NCBI GenBank assembly: GCA_963755715.1 | Contig: CAVWLW010000064.1 | Location: 96,001-160,000, forward strand | DNA: 64,000 nucleotides | DNA from: an uncultured delta proteobacterium | GTDB taxonomy: Bacteria > Desulfobacterota > Binatia > UBA9968 | Direction of reading: 5' to 3' | In this document: in pieces, positions 20,326 through 30,808 of the stretch | Layout: each line of letters opens with the position of its first letter | Numbering within the stretch: position 1 is the first letter of the stretch | Translations under genes and position numbers: made by a program | The notes under the pieces: generated by a model | Told to the model about the DNA's origin: nothing | The model's input: only the letters and a program-made list of their open reading frames with translations | Database searches by the model: none

Positions 20326-20740
20326 GCACCAATACTTTAGTATAAGAATGCGATCAGCACATTGACGAAATCGAGGAATATTGTGCGATTTAGCCCGTTA
20401 GAAAATTCGCAAAATTATTTGTAATGATTCAATCAGCCGCAGCGGTGCTTAACTTACGAATGAAAACTCATCCGGCTTTGTATGAAGCCTCCTTCACCGA
20501 TAAGCGCGAGCACGTGCAGAAACGCAGACCACTGCTACGCGAGGTACAGCGTCTTTGACTTTCCGTCGGTCGTTCGTTTTTCTTGTACTCATTCTGGGGT
20601 CAACGATTGCGAAAGCCATACTTGGCGCGTGTGCCGTCCTTGACGGCAGTGACTGCCCTGCCCTATTTTACGCGCAACCGACTTCGACTGAATAACGATC
20701 GAAACGTTGGTGCTGTCACGCTCCCAGGAGGCGCTTCAGG

Positions 20741-21736
20741 ATGAAATTGCGATTGATCACTTTGCTTATTTCTGTTCTCTCTTTCTTCATCTTTGGCTTC
20801 CAATATTCTTACGCTGCGGCGCCTTTGACTAAAGTGATCATGACCAGCGGATCGGTCAGCGAGAGAGAAGGAGCTATATACGTTGCGCAGGAACACGGCT
20901 TCTTTCGTAAGTACGGCGTCGACGTTTCGTTCGTGCAGGTGCGCAACGGGCCGGTAGGCATGGCCGCGCTGAGTTCCGGAGAGACACAGTTCCACTGGGG
21001 ATCGGTCTCGGGCGCCAACCTCGGAGCGATCGCGGAGGGAGCCGACCTGGTTTTTGTCGCCGGTTTCATTAACCGACTCACCGGCATGTTCGTTGCCAAT
21101 CCAAAAATCAAAAGCCCGGCCGAACTTAAAGGTAAGAGCATCGGCGTTAACAGCCTGAGCGGCGGCGGATGGATTTTTACCATGCTCGCGCTGGACCACT
21201 GGGGCCTTGTGCCGGAGCGGGACAAAATACAGTTCAGATCCCTCGGCGATCAATCCGTCATGGTGCAAGGCTTCATGGCCGGCACCGTAGACGCTGTGGT
21301 CGTTGGCTACGCGCACGGCAGGAACTTACAGAACAAGGGCTATCGTGTCTTGGCCGATATCGAAAAACTACCTATTCCGTATCAAGGATCGGGACTTCTA
21401 GCACGCCGTGGATTTATGATTTCGTCGCCAGCGACAGCGGAAAGTGTATTGAGAGGTCTGCTCGATGCGGTGGCATTCATTCGCAACCCGGCGAACAAAG
21501 CCGATGTCATGAAGGCCGTCGCCAAAGGCATGCGTCTGCCGCGCGTCGAAGATGCCGAAGAGGGCTATCACAGCATGGCCGGACTTTACGAGAAAAAGAT
21601 TTATCCCAGCGTCGACGGCATCCGCAACGTCATTCGTTTGCTGGGCATGAACAACGAAAAAATCCGCCGTCTTAAAGCCGAGGATTTGGTCGACGACAGC
21701 ATCGTGAGGAAATTGGAAAAAGACGGACGGTTCTAA
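20741..21736 (+). CDS. NitT/TauT ABC substrate-binding protein, orphan
   Basis: Signal peptide; YVAQEHGFFRKYGVDV, ELKGKSIGV, GTVDA; RBS AGGAGG. Confidence 0.9.
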   Translation: MKLRLITLLISVLSFFIFGFQYSYAAAPLTKVIMTSGSVSEREGAIYVAQEHGFFRKYGVDVSFVQVRNGPVGMAALSSGETQFHWGSVSGANLGAIAEGADLVFVAGFINRLTGMFVANPKIKSPAELKGKSIGVNSLSGGGWIFTMLALDHWGLVPERDKIQFRSLGDQSVMVQGFMAGTVDAVVVGYAHGRNLQNKGYRVLADIEKLPIPYQGSGLLARRGFMISSPATAESVLRGLLDAVAFIRNPANKADVMKAVAKGMRLPRVEDAEEGYHSMAGLYEKKIYPSVDGIRNVIRLLGMNNEKIRRLKAEDLVDDSIVRKLEKDGRF

Positions 21737-21820
21737 CCTGACAAAGGCGGAGCATCAAAATTAGCCGCGCACCATATCAGCCCCCGCGATTCGAATTGGG
21801 TGATCTGAAATCTGTTTATT

Positions 21821-22405
21821 TTACCGCGCAAGCGGCGCGTTCCAAATCATAAACGCTGGAGACTCGCGGTAGTAACCGAGGACGTTCAGCGTCGCGGTGT
21901 CGAGCAAGAAATTCTCGCCATAGTTTGCCGATAAGTTGATCCAGCGCGCCGCGAGAACGCGGGTAAAATGTCCGTGGCCGAACAAGGCGACGTTTCCCGC
22001 TGCGGTGCGAACCTTGGTGATAACGCGATCGGCGCGCGCGCCGACCTGTTCCGGCGACTCGCCGCCCGGACAGCCGTCGCGAAAAACCGACCAACCCGGC
22101 CGAGTCGAGCGAATCTGTTCCGTCGTGAGTCCCTCGTACTCGCCATAGTTCCACTCGATCAAGTCGGGCTCGACATTGGCAAATTGGCCAAGCCCAGCGA
22201 GTTCGCAGGTTTCGCGGGCGCGCTGGAGCGGACTCGTGAGGACCAATGTAAAGGTCACCTTGGCCAGAATCGGTTTGAGAAGCCGCGCGGCCATTCGTCC
22301 GTTCTCGGTCAGTGGAATATCGGTGACGCCCGTATGTTGTCCATTGAGACTCCACTCGGTTTCGCCGTGGCGCAGTAGGTAAACTTTTTGTTCCTCTGTA
22401 GACAC
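21821..22405 (-). CDS. Histidine phosphatase (phosphoglycerate mutase family)
   Basis: LLRHGETEWS, TSPLQRARET, EWNYGEYEG, PGGES and GHG motifs. Confidence 0.92.
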   Translation of the reverse strand: MSTEEQKVYLLRHGETEWSLNGQHTGVTDIPLTENGRMAARLLKPILAKVTFTLVLTSPLQRARETCELAGLGQFANVEPDLIEWNYGEYEGLTTEQIRSTRPGWSVFRDGCPGGESPEQVGARADRVITKVRTAAGNVALFGHGHFTRVLAARWINLSANYGENFLLDTATLNVLGYYRESPAFMIWNAPLAR

Positions 22406-22653
22406 AGGTCGATCCCGCTTGATTGCCCTTCACTCCGTTAGAAAATCCATAGCATAATAATGCCAACTTCCGCCAAGAAAGAGCATTGGCAGCAACCCGC
22501 CTCAGTCAATGCGGATCGCCGCACAGAGACGGCGCTTGCCTCTGCCGGACGAGCAAAATGATTTCGGCGATCATCATCGGCGTTTTCCCTCGATTGACTT
22601 TTGTTAGCGAGTTTATAATACCCAAGTTAAAAATTGTGAAGAGGCGAAGAAAA

Positions 22654-23550
22654 ATGTCGACAAAAAATTTATCGGTCACCATCGCGCGCATCGATCATGG
22701 CGTTTTGCCGTCCAACGATCTCGGCCGCGCTTTTCGTTTTTGGTCGGGCTTCATGGGCGCTCGCCTCGAGTTTCTGACGAATATGAACGCGCGCGGTCTC
22801 AATCGCGAGGTGCCGCTGATCGTCTTCTTTGCGGTCGCCAATCATCCCGGCTTCGGCATCGCCTTGCAGGATTTTCGCTTGGCGAAGCCGGTGCGAGCGC
22901 TCGAAGGCGTGGTGTGGGCTTTCGAAGTCGCCGCCGCCGATCTCTCGGCGGCGAGTCAAGCAGCCGAAAAGCAAAAATTGGCTTGCCAGCGCATCGATTA
23001 TCCTGCATCGAGCCCGCTCCAAGCATCGCTCTTCGTCCTTGATCCGGACGGCAACACCGTCGAGCTGTGCGTGAGAAAAGATCCATCGGAGCTCGCGCCG
23101 CAAGGCAACGTAGTGCCGCTTCGGCGCATCAGCCACGTGCGCATCGAGGTCACCGATCTCGATCTCGCCCGCTCGTGGTATGGCGAGACTTTCGGCTTGA
23201 TCGAAGCCGATCAGGTGCCGGGCGAAGACCAGCTGACTTTGACGGTGCCGCAATCCGGGCAGTTTTTGATTTTGCGCAAAGTGGACAAGGTAGCGGAGCG
23301 CAGCACTCAGTGCTTCAAAGGACCGCACATCGACTTTCGCGCCGGCGCGGATTGTTACGCGGAGATCTTTAAACGCTTCGACCGTCGGGAAACTTACTGG
23401 GGTCCCAATCCAAATCAAATCCCGTGGCACGAGCCCGATAGCAATACCGCGTACGGCTATGATCCGTTCGGCAATCGCATTCAGATCGGCGTCCTCGCCC
23501 AGCGCCCGATGACGTTCGGTAACGTGAGTCACGTGGCAAGCCCCACTTGA
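22654..23550 (+). CDS. Two-domain VOC family protein
   Basis: RIDHGVL, FVLDPDGNTVEL, RISHVRIEVTDL, PHIDF and YDPFGNRIQI motifs. Confidence 0.85.
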   Translation: MSTKNLSVTIARIDHGVLPSNDLGRAFRFWSGFMGARLEFLTNMNARGLNREVPLIVFFAVANHPGFGIALQDFRLAKPVRALEGVVWAFEVAAADLSAASQAAEKQKLACQRIDYPASSPLQASLFVLDPDGNTVELCVRKDPSELAPQGNVVPLRRISHVRIEVTDLDLARSWYGETFGLIEADQVPGEDQLTLTVPQSGQFLILRKVDKVAERSTQCFKGPHIDFRAGADCYAEIFKRFDRRETYWGPNPNQIPWHEPDSNTAYGYDPFGNRIQIGVLAQRPMTFGNVSHVASPT

Positions 23551-23568
23551 CCTGATGAAATTTCACCT

Positions 23569-24570
23569 ATGACTTCTGTAATTTCACAGTTGCTCGCTGT
23601 CCTTTTCCTCCTAAGCATCGAGCAAGCGTTTTTTTTGGGCGCGAGCCGCGCGGCGTCAGCCGAAGAGAAGGTCCGTCTTTCAGTAGCTGCCGTGACCGGC
23701 AGCTACATGGATGAATTCGTCGCCATCGAAAAGGGCTACCATCGCGACGAAGGCCTGGCGGTGGAAATGATTCGGGCCGGTGGCGGCGTGGCGACGCAAG
23801 CGCTGATCGCCGGCGATCTTCACTTCAGCACCTCGGCGGGCTCGGCTCTCGGCGCCATGCTGCGTGGTGCCGATATCAAAGTCATCTATACGAACATCGA
23901 CCGCCCCGGCTACCAATTGTGGTCAGGCCAACCCGAGATCAAGACGCTAAAAGATTTGATCGGCAAACGGGTCGGCGTCACCAGCCGTGGCGACACTCAG
24001 GAGCTCTCGGTCCGGCTGCTTCTGCGAAAGCACGGCCTTGACGCTAACTCGGTCGCCTATGTTCCCGTCGGCTTCGGCGCGACTCGGCTCGCCGCGCTGC
24101 AGACCGGCACGGTCGACGCCGTGCCTCTCGGCGCCGGGGATTTCGCGCAGTTGAAACAACCGAAGGGCCATATGCTCGGGGACGCGGAAAAAGAAATCCG
24201 TTTCGCCTACGTCGGTCTGGCCGTGCCAAGCCGACTGTTGGCGCGCAATCCAAACCTAGTCGAGCGTTTTCTCCGCGGCGTGATTAAAGGACGGGAATAT
24301 GCGCGCCGCTATCGCGAGCAGACGATCCCAATTATCGGCAAGTACACTCAAAGAAAGCGCGAATTCAACGAGGTGGATTACGACACGACACTTCCGGTAT
24401 TGACCGCCGAAGGCTGGGTAGGCGATGAAATTCTGAAAGAAGATGTCGCCATGCGCGCCGAACTCGTCAACGTCGTAGCGCCGGCCGATTTTGCCAAGTT
24501 CTTCGATTACAGCATCGTCAAAAAAATCTACCGGGAGCTTAAGGCCTCCGGATGGAAGCCCGCGCCGTAA
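23569..24570 (+). CDS. NitT/TauT ABC substrate-binding protein, orphan
   Basis: Signal peptide; VAIEKGYHRDEGL, DLIGKRVGV, RLAALQTGTVDA. Confidence 0.9.
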   Translation: MTSVISQLLAVLFLLSIEQAFFLGASRAASAEEKVRLSVAAVTGSYMDEFVAIEKGYHRDEGLAVEMIRAGGGVATQALIAGDLHFSTSAGSALGAMLRGADIKVIYTNIDRPGYQLWSGQPEIKTLKDLIGKRVGVTSRGDTQELSVRLLLRKHGLDANSVAYVPVGFGATRLAALQTGTVDAVPLGAGDFAQLKQPKGHMLGDAEKEIRFAYVGLAVPSRLLARNPNLVERFLRGVIKGREYARRYREQTIPIIGKYTQRKREFNEVDYDTTLPVLTAEGWVGDEILKEDVAMRAELVNVVAPADFAKFFDYSIVKKIYRELKASGWKPAP

Positions 24571-24841
24571 TCGAGCTCAGCTTGCTGTCCAACTTACCCG
24601 GATCGCTCAAAGGGTGGAATTTTCCCATCATCTCGGCGTCGATCCAAGCCATTGCCATTTCCACCGCGTAAACTTCGGCTTGATCGATGAGTTTGAAACG
24701 GTCGGATGGACCCGACAATAATTGAATGCGCTTTATACCTTCTTCCTCCCAGCTCACGTCGGCATAAGGGATCCAACAGTCGGTGTCCAAATTCAACCGA
24801 GGCATCGTGCGAATATGGCGAGCCTTATATATTTCTTCCAA
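24539..24841 (-). CDS. Small hypothetical protein
   Basis: GGAGGG RBS before TTG 24841; protein-like sequence (WIPYADVSW...EVYAVEMAMAWID); follows the upstream lipoprotein gene. Confidence 0.5.
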   Translation of the reverse strand: MEEIYKARHIRTMPRLNLDTDCWIPYADVSWEEEGIKRIQLLSGPSDRFKLIDQAEVYAVEMAMAWIDAEMMGKFHPLSDPGKLDSKLSSITARASIRRP

Positions 24842-24883
24842 GTTCGTTGGCCCTCCGCGCCCAGCGCTTCCATCCACGGATTA

Positions 24884-25571
24884 TCAATTCCGCGGCGACA
24901 AGAAGGACAGGAGTTGGAGATTATCCGGATTGACGAACTCGCCTTCGACCCGCACCGGATCGCCGCGCCGCAACGCGCGAAAATTATCCACATCGGCTGC
25001 TCGCGCATTGTACGGCACCGATACGGTAACCATTCTGCCGTTGCTTGGCCGGACATCGAAGACGCCCAAATTGTAATCGACTCGGTCTACCGTTCCTTCG
25101 ACGACATCGGTTCTCGGGCGAGGTGGTGTTGTAGTGCGGCGCGCGACACTTGGCCCGCTGCGAGCCTGAACCGGCTCTTGAACGCGTATAGTTTCAACCA
25201 ACGCGCCATTGCGCGGCGGCGTTTGATAAGCGATGCGATCGCCGGCTTCCAGATCATCTGCAATATAATCTCGGCCATGATAGATCACTCTCGTGCGATT
25301 GACATCGTAGCGCAGAACATCCCTTCGACCATCATCCGCGACGACCCGGAGCTCGCGTCGGGCTGGATCAATTTGATCGATCTCAGCCGATATTTCACCC
25401 GGTTGTAGGCGTGTGTCTTCGGCTAATGCACCTCGAACTTTGCCCGAACGAACTTCGTTCAAGCTCGGTCGCTGGACGGTCTCCACTGGAACGCAACCGG
25501 ACAACGAGATTATTCCTGTCAAACAACATGGATGAAAAAACAGATGCGCCCAATCGGTTTGACAGCTTCAT
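24884..25571 (-). CDS. Lipoprotein with two OB-fold (DUF5666-like) repeats (N-terminal frameshift at about 25523)
   Basis: Removing one T gives MKLSNRLGASVFSSMLLTGIISLSG-C (lipobox). Repeated units end DDLEAGDRI and ALRRGDPVRVEG. Confidence 0.7.
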
Positions 25572-25956
25572 AGGAACTGCCCCCTTTCCTCTAAAAGAGA
25601 ACTGTATCAAAGAATGTGCCAGGGGCGCGCAATGAAACGCAGCACTGACAATCCGATGCTCCGCGGCGAATTTGACATTTTGCAACGCCGGCGGCGGATT
25701 AAATTCCCGAGTGAATTTTCTATTACACTAACGAATGTTGGGCGATTATCGGCGCCAAATTGGATCATGAAAACGAAGACCGCTTGTATAGGAATGCGGC
25801 GATCTTCAAGCTTACCCAGTCGGATATTCCCGAAATGAATATCGGAAAAATGCCCACACGCTAGGAGGCAAAATTCCTTCAATTCACGAGGCGGCCACGG
25901 CCGCGCGCACTGTATTTAATTAATTTGAGAGCCTGCAGAGACGGGGCTTTTGTTCG

Positions 25957-27389
25957 CTATCTACCGGCGATTTTTTGTTCGAGAAATTCGCGCCAATCGC
26001 CGGCGACTTTCTCTTTCAGCGTGCGGCTGGCGCCGCTGACCTTGGGAAACTTTTCTTGCCACTCGTAGGGCCGGGTGGCGTCGATTATCGCGCGCGAGCT
26101 GTGGCCGACCCGATCGCGCGCGATGCGCGGGTCGAGCGGGCCGCTCCACGCGCGGCGCAGGATCTCGATCGACTCGGCCGGATCGGAACGGCTGCTGAGC
26201 GCCCACAAAAATTCTTCGGAATTGGTGATGTCGACGTCGTCGTCGACTACGACCACGTAGCGGCCCAGATACGCCCCCGAGCGGCACTGGCTCGCAATCA
26301 TGCCCGCCTGGCGCGCATGACCGGGGTAGCGCTGCTTGATCGAAACAACGGTTAGAAATCTGCCGCCGGCCGGATGGCACCACACGCCTTTGACATCGGG
26401 CACACCGGCTTCGTCCATCGCGTTCCAGATCAACGACGAGCGCATGAGCGAGAAATGCACATTGTCGCCGCTCGATGGTTTCAATAACGGGAAGCCGCAG
26501 AGAATCGGATCGTTGCGATAGTAAATCGCTTTGATTTGGATCACCGGCACGGCCGGCTGATTGCTCGCGTAGTAACCCGTCCATTCACCGAAAGGCCCTT
26601 CGGGCATAACGTCTTCGACCCCGACTTCGCCTTCGATGGCGATCTCGGCATCGGCGGGAATCGGCAAGCCCGTGAGCGGCCCGTGAATAACTTGTAGCGG
26701 CTTACCGAGAATGCCGCCGGCGTAATCATACTCGTTGACCCGGTTGGGCACGTCGGTCGATGCCACGACGAAATTGATCGGATGGTGGCCGAATGAAACT
26801 GCGACGGGAAATGGTTTTCCCTGCGCGTGATATTTGTCCTTGTGCACGCGGCCATGCTTGCCTGGCGACATGTGCAGCGCCAGACGATCCGGGCCATGCA
26901 CCATAATTCGGTAAGTGCCGACGTTCACCCAATCTTCTTCCGGGTCGCGCGTGATACCAGATCGTCGGTGCCGATGTAGCGCCCGCCGTCGAGCTCGTGC
27001 CAGCGCGGCACGGGAAACTGGAGCACGTCGATGTCTTTGCCCTGCTTGACGTTTTCGAAGAGCGGTCCGGTTCGAACCGTTTCAGCGCGAATCGGTGTAA
27101 TTTTCTTCACCTGCTCGCGCCAAGCCTGGACAAAATCCATATCGCTCAGACCCGCTTTCATGCCGAGCGTCAACGCCAAACGTCCGACTGAAGAAACCAA
27201 ATTCGCCGCGACCCGATAGCCTTGGGGATAATCTTTGATGCGATCGAAAACGATCGCCGGTCGCGTCCTCGAGCGCTCGTTGATGATTTCCGTAAGCGTC
27301 GACAGCTCGAGATCCCAGTGAGCGTTTTCAACGGTCATCAACTGGCCGAGTTTATCAACGTCGCTAAGCCAAGTGCGTAGGTCTGGCAT
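25957..27389 (-). CDS. UbiD-family (prFMN-dependent) decarboxylase (frameshift at about 26955)
   Basis: DLRTWL, PAIVFDRIKDY, FPVPRWHELDGGRYIGT, (TRDPE)..VNVGTYR, PEGPFGEWTGYY, VVVVDDDVDI and IIDAT motifs. Confidence 0.92.
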
Positions 27390-27442
27390 ATTATTTTGTT
27401 CTTTTCCGAGTTTTGTCTCTTTGCCTTTAGAGAATTAAGATT

Positions 27443-27497
27443 TCAAATCGTTCAATCGCTACGCTCCGTTCAAAACGTAGGGAACGGTTGGAACGGC
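27443..27497. repeat. GTTCAA/TTGAAC repeat family copy
   Basis: GTTCAATCGCTACGCTCCGTTCAA matches the reverse complement of TTGAACGGAGCGCAGCGGTTGAAC (about 62186-62209) at 22/24 positions. Confidence 0.7.
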
Positions 27498-27499
27498 CG

Positions 27500-28594
27500 C
27501 TACTTGCTTGCTTCCGGGACCTGCGGCGTCTGCGTTGTGTGCAAGGAATTCTCCGGCTCCTCGCGATATAAACCGAAAGCCTCAACGATGGGAATATCGT
27601 TTACAGAGAAAAGAATCGCTTCTTCGCTCTTCGACCGGTTGATGTGCTCGTGCCAAGCCCAGTTGGGCAGCGCGAAAGAGTCATACTTCGACCATTCCAG
27701 CGTCTTGTCGCCGACGATGCTCGCGCCCTCGCCGCCGACGACGAAGTAGGCCGCGCTCGACGTGTGGCGATGCTTTTTCGTATGCTCGCCGGGGCGCAGC
27801 AATTGAATCCAGCAGCTGAGCGTTCGGAGCGTATGGCCGCCGGTCATCGGATTCACATACTCCAGCGCCACGCCGTCGTAGGGACTGCCGGCCTGATCGG
27901 CGAGCGCGCGCAGTTGCGGCTCGATATCTTTCCAGGCGTAGCGCAGCGGCAGATTTTCTTTCTTGGTGTTTTCCCATGTCGGTCGCACGGCGCCGGCGCG
28001 CTGCTGTAAATTTTCGCCGGCCTTCTCGCGAATCGTCTGAACTTTGTTGCCGGGATAGGGCTCGTAGAACGGCTGATTCAGTCCAAGCAAGAACGGCACA
28101 TCCAGCGCATCCACCCAGATCGCGCTTTCTTGGGTCGGATTGCGGTGGTCGTGCCAGGTCCACTGCGGCGTGAGAATTAAATCGTAGGGCTCCATCGGGC
28201 ACTTCTCGCCGTCGACGACGGTGAAAACTTTGCCGTCGCCTTTGATCACGAAGCGAATCGCCGCCAGCGTGTGCCGGTGCGCCCAGGCCATCTCGCCGGG
28301 CTTGATCATCTGAACGCCCATCAAGAGCGTGTGCGTCGTCGCGTTGTCGTTCAGGCCCGGATTGCCGAATAGCACGCTGCGCCGCGCCGTGAAGCTTTCT
28401 TCGAGCACGTTGCACGCCTCGAGCAATTTTTCATGAACCATCGGCCACGGCCAGAGATAGGCATCGCCGCGCGGTCGCGGCCCGCCGATGGCGCGACTGA
28501 GCAAATCTTCATAAATCCACTGGCCGGTCATGTGCACTTCGGCCAACTCCTGATTGAATGTCTCCAATGATTTTTTCACCTGTGGCTTCGCCAT
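27500..28594 (-). CDS. Gentisate 1,2-dioxygenase-like bicupin
   Basis: LWPW, RR...NPG, PGEMAWAHRHT..AIRF, DLILTP.WTWHDH, WVDALDVP, LEYVNPMTGG and HRHTSS motifs. Confidence 0.88.
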   Translation of the reverse strand: MAKPQVKKSLETFNQELAEVHMTGQWIYEDLLSRAIGGPRPRGDAYLWPWPMVHEKLLEACNVLEESFTARRSVLFGNPGLNDNATTHTLLMGVQMIKPGEMAWAHRHTLAAIRFVIKGDGKVFTVVDGEKCPMEPYDLILTPQWTWHDHRNPTQESAIWVDALDVPFLLGLNQPFYEPYPGNKVQTIREKAGENLQQRAGAVRPTWENTKKENLPLRYAWKDIEPQLRALADQAGSPYDGVALEYVNPMTGGHTLRTLSCWIQLLRPGEHTKKHRHTSSAAYFVVGGEGASIVGDKTLEWSKYDSFALPNWAWHEHINRSKSEEAILFSVNDIPIVEAFGLYREEPENSLHTTQTPQVPEASK

Positions 28595-28624
28595 ATCCAA
28601 CTCCTATAAAAGTTAATCATGTCA

Positions 28625-28693
28625 CAGTTCAAGCCGTTACGTGAGGCGGTTCTCAAGCATTTTGAACGGCTTGAACGATTTGAACGTTTTGAA
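28625..28693. repeat. GTTCAA/TTGAAC 9-nt periodic repeat copy
   Basis: GTTCAAGCCGTT ... TTTGAACGG CTTGAACGA TTTGAACGT TTTGAAT. Confidence 0.7.
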
Positions 28694-29413
28694 TCACCCG
28701 CGAATTTTAACCCTCGCCGCGGTTCTTCTGACTCCTTCATAATAAAAGCCGTCGAAATAAACCTGCCAGGCCATCATCGACTCTTCCGCCGCGCGCAAAG
28801 CGGCCTTTTTCTCGGCGTCGCTGGTTAAATATTTTTCCAGCAACTTGAGCGAGCCGTCGCCGTGAATCTGATCGACCGAATCGTGCATCCACCAGAACTC
28901 GGTGTCTGCTTTCGTCAGCCCGAGTTGGCGCATCCAATGTTGTGCCTGATGATGGGAAAAGTTACCGCAGTTCGGGTTGTTGGTTCGCTCGAGAACCGAT
29001 TTTGCCGCCAAGCCCTCATACCACGTGCGGTTTTTTGTCAGCGCCTCCCACGCGTGCATGGCCACGATTGTTGTCGGCAGTGGCTTGGCGTTGACGATAC
29101 CGTCGCGGGTCAAACCCAACGCCATCCCCATTCTTGCGAGAATTTCGAAATGCGAGTGACCTTCCTGGGCTTCTTCTTCATAAAGATTTTCAGTGACGAT
29201 GAATTTGCGCACTTCGGTGATCGGACAGTTACCGACGACATGCGCCCAGCACTGCCGGCTGTGACGCGTAAAGCTCGACCATTGCTCGATCAAAACCCGC
29301 GCTGCTTCTTTGGTCAACCGATCTTTGGAATAAGGCACCCATAGCAGCCGGTCGTTGCAGTCAGTGACGATCTTGTCGATGGCCGCGGCGAAAGCTGACG
29401 AACTCGAACCCAT
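28694..29413 (-). CDS. Heme-oxygenase-like diiron enzyme (CADD/PqqC-like iron-containing redox enzyme)
   Basis: NLYEEE....HSH, a mid-protein Glu (VLE) and H-x3-D-x2-H (HDSVDQIH) give a CADD-type ligand set; RBS GGAGG before ATG 29413. Confidence 0.82.
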   Translation of the reverse strand: MGSSSSAFAAAIDKIVTDCNDRLLWVPYSKDRLTKEAARVLIEQWSSFTRHSRQCWAHVVGNCPITEVRKFIVTENLYEEEAQEGHSHFEILARMGMALGLTRDGIVNAKPLPTTIVAMHAWEALTKNRTWYEGLAAKSVLERTNNPNCGNFSHHQAQHWMRQLGLTKADTEFWWMHDSVDQIHGDGSLKLLEKYLTSDAEKKAALRAAEESMMAWQVYFDGFYYEGVRRTAARVKIRG

Positions 29414-29436
29414 CAGAAACCCTCCGAAATATAAAA

Positions 29437-29497
29437 CTGGAGTCGCCGTAATGGAGTAATGGGTTTCGGAGCCTCCAATACTCCAATACTCCATTCA
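29437..29497. repeat. Inverted 8-mer tandem repeat (TGGAGTAA / ATACTCCA)
   Basis: ATGGAGTAATGGG ... CTCCAATACTCCAATACTCCATT can fold into an intercistronic hairpin. Confidence 0.65.
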
Positions 29498-29503
29498 CCC
29501 AAT

Positions 29504-30582
29504 TTAAAACCCCCTGAGACTGACCCCCAACCCCGCGCCCTCCGGCACGCTGATCGCGCCTTTGTTCACTGACAGTCCGAAGAACGGATCGCCGGTGATC
29601 ACCTCGAACTCGCCGAGCTCGCAGAGCGGAGAAATTCCCGGCGTGCTCGCCGCGAGATGCACCGCGGCTGCATCGCCGACCATGCTGCCCGCCGTGTTCG
29701 AGAGCGCGCAGCGAACGCCATTCAGCTCGCACAGCTCGGCGATGCGGCGCACTTCGCCGATGCTGCCGACTTTGGCAATGCCGGTGTTGATCGAATCGAC
29801 CATGCGATTCCTAATCAACGTTTGAGCATCCGCAAAGGTACGGCACGATTGATCGGCTTCGATCTTGATCGGCGCATGCTGCTTCACCTCCCGGAGCGCG
29901 TCAAATTGATCGCGCGGCACCGGCTGCTCAAAGACTTCGATCCCGTGATCGGCCAGACACTTGGCTAATCGGATCGCCGTCTTGGCGTCGTAAGCTTCAT
30001 TGGCGTCGATCTTGATAAACACGTCGTCGCCCACGGCCTTGCGCACAGCGGCCACGCGCGGCAAATCTTTGTCGATTTTGCCGCTGACTTTGAGTTTCAG
30101 CGCCAAGCCGTCGCGCGCCAACTGTCTTGCTTCCTCCGCCATCTTCTCCGGAGTATCGACGCTCACCATTTTAATCACCCGGATCTCGCTGCGATATTTG
30201 CCGCCAAGCATGACGGCAAGCGGCATGTGGTAGCTCCGCGCCAACGCATCGTACATCGCCGTCTCCAGAGCCGACTTGGCGCGCGGGTTTCCGGTTAATG
30301 CGTGATCCATGTCGGCGCGAAGTCGCGCCAGATCTTCGAGATCCCGGCCGACCACTTTGGGCTTCAAAACCGTGTCGATGACATGCTGCGCGGTCTGCGG
30401 CGTTTCGCCCGTGCGCGGGAAAAGATCCGAGTAACCGTAGCCTTCGATGCCCCCGTCGGTGATGACCTTGGCCAGCAAGCCGCGCGCGACCGTAAAATTA
30501 TTCGTCGCCGTGACCAGCGGCTTGGTGTAAGGCATTTCTAATACGGCTGGTTTCAACGCCAGTGACTTTGCCTGATTTTCAT
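29504..30582 (-). CDS. Enolase-superfamily enzyme (muconate cycloisomerase / L-Ala-D/L-Glu epimerase-like); 5' end frameshifted
   Basis: AKSALETAMYD, KLKV (KxK), IDAN, FEQP, ADQS and PEGAGLGV motifs; probable true start ATG AAA ATC at 30582. Confidence 0.88.
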
Positions 30583-30808
30583 CAATTCACATTCCTTTAG
30601 TCTCGAGCGAACTTGATGCAGCTAGCGGATGCTTACCATAATTGAATCCAGCTCTGCCAGTGACCGAGACGATCATCCATGCGCGACGCTGAACCCGATC
30701 CAATCTCAAAAGACTTCCTGATTTTGTTGCACCGTGGTAGGGTCGCACCCGGATAAAAAACTCGCAAACCTCGATCGATTTCAAAAACCATTAAGGAGTA
30801 AGTCGCTC

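Noticed and set aside
22451-22466. Sigma54-like TTGGCATTATTATGCT upstream of the histidine phosphatase
   Set aside because: GG-GC spacing is N9 rather than the required N10, although an indel error cannot be excluded.
22594-22619. TTGACT...TATAAT promoter before the VOC gene
   Set aside because: The spacer is only 14 nt, so it was not called.
26925-26927. TGA ending the UbiD 5' ORF as a further Sec codon
   Set aside because: The downstream part is in a different frame; a one-base deletion explains it and there is no redox motif or SECIS.
28660-28693. GAAC/GTTC repeats as LexA boxes
   Set aside because: Spacing is N5, not GTTC-N7-GTTC or GAAC-N4-GTTC, and copies lie at gene 3' ends rather than promoters.
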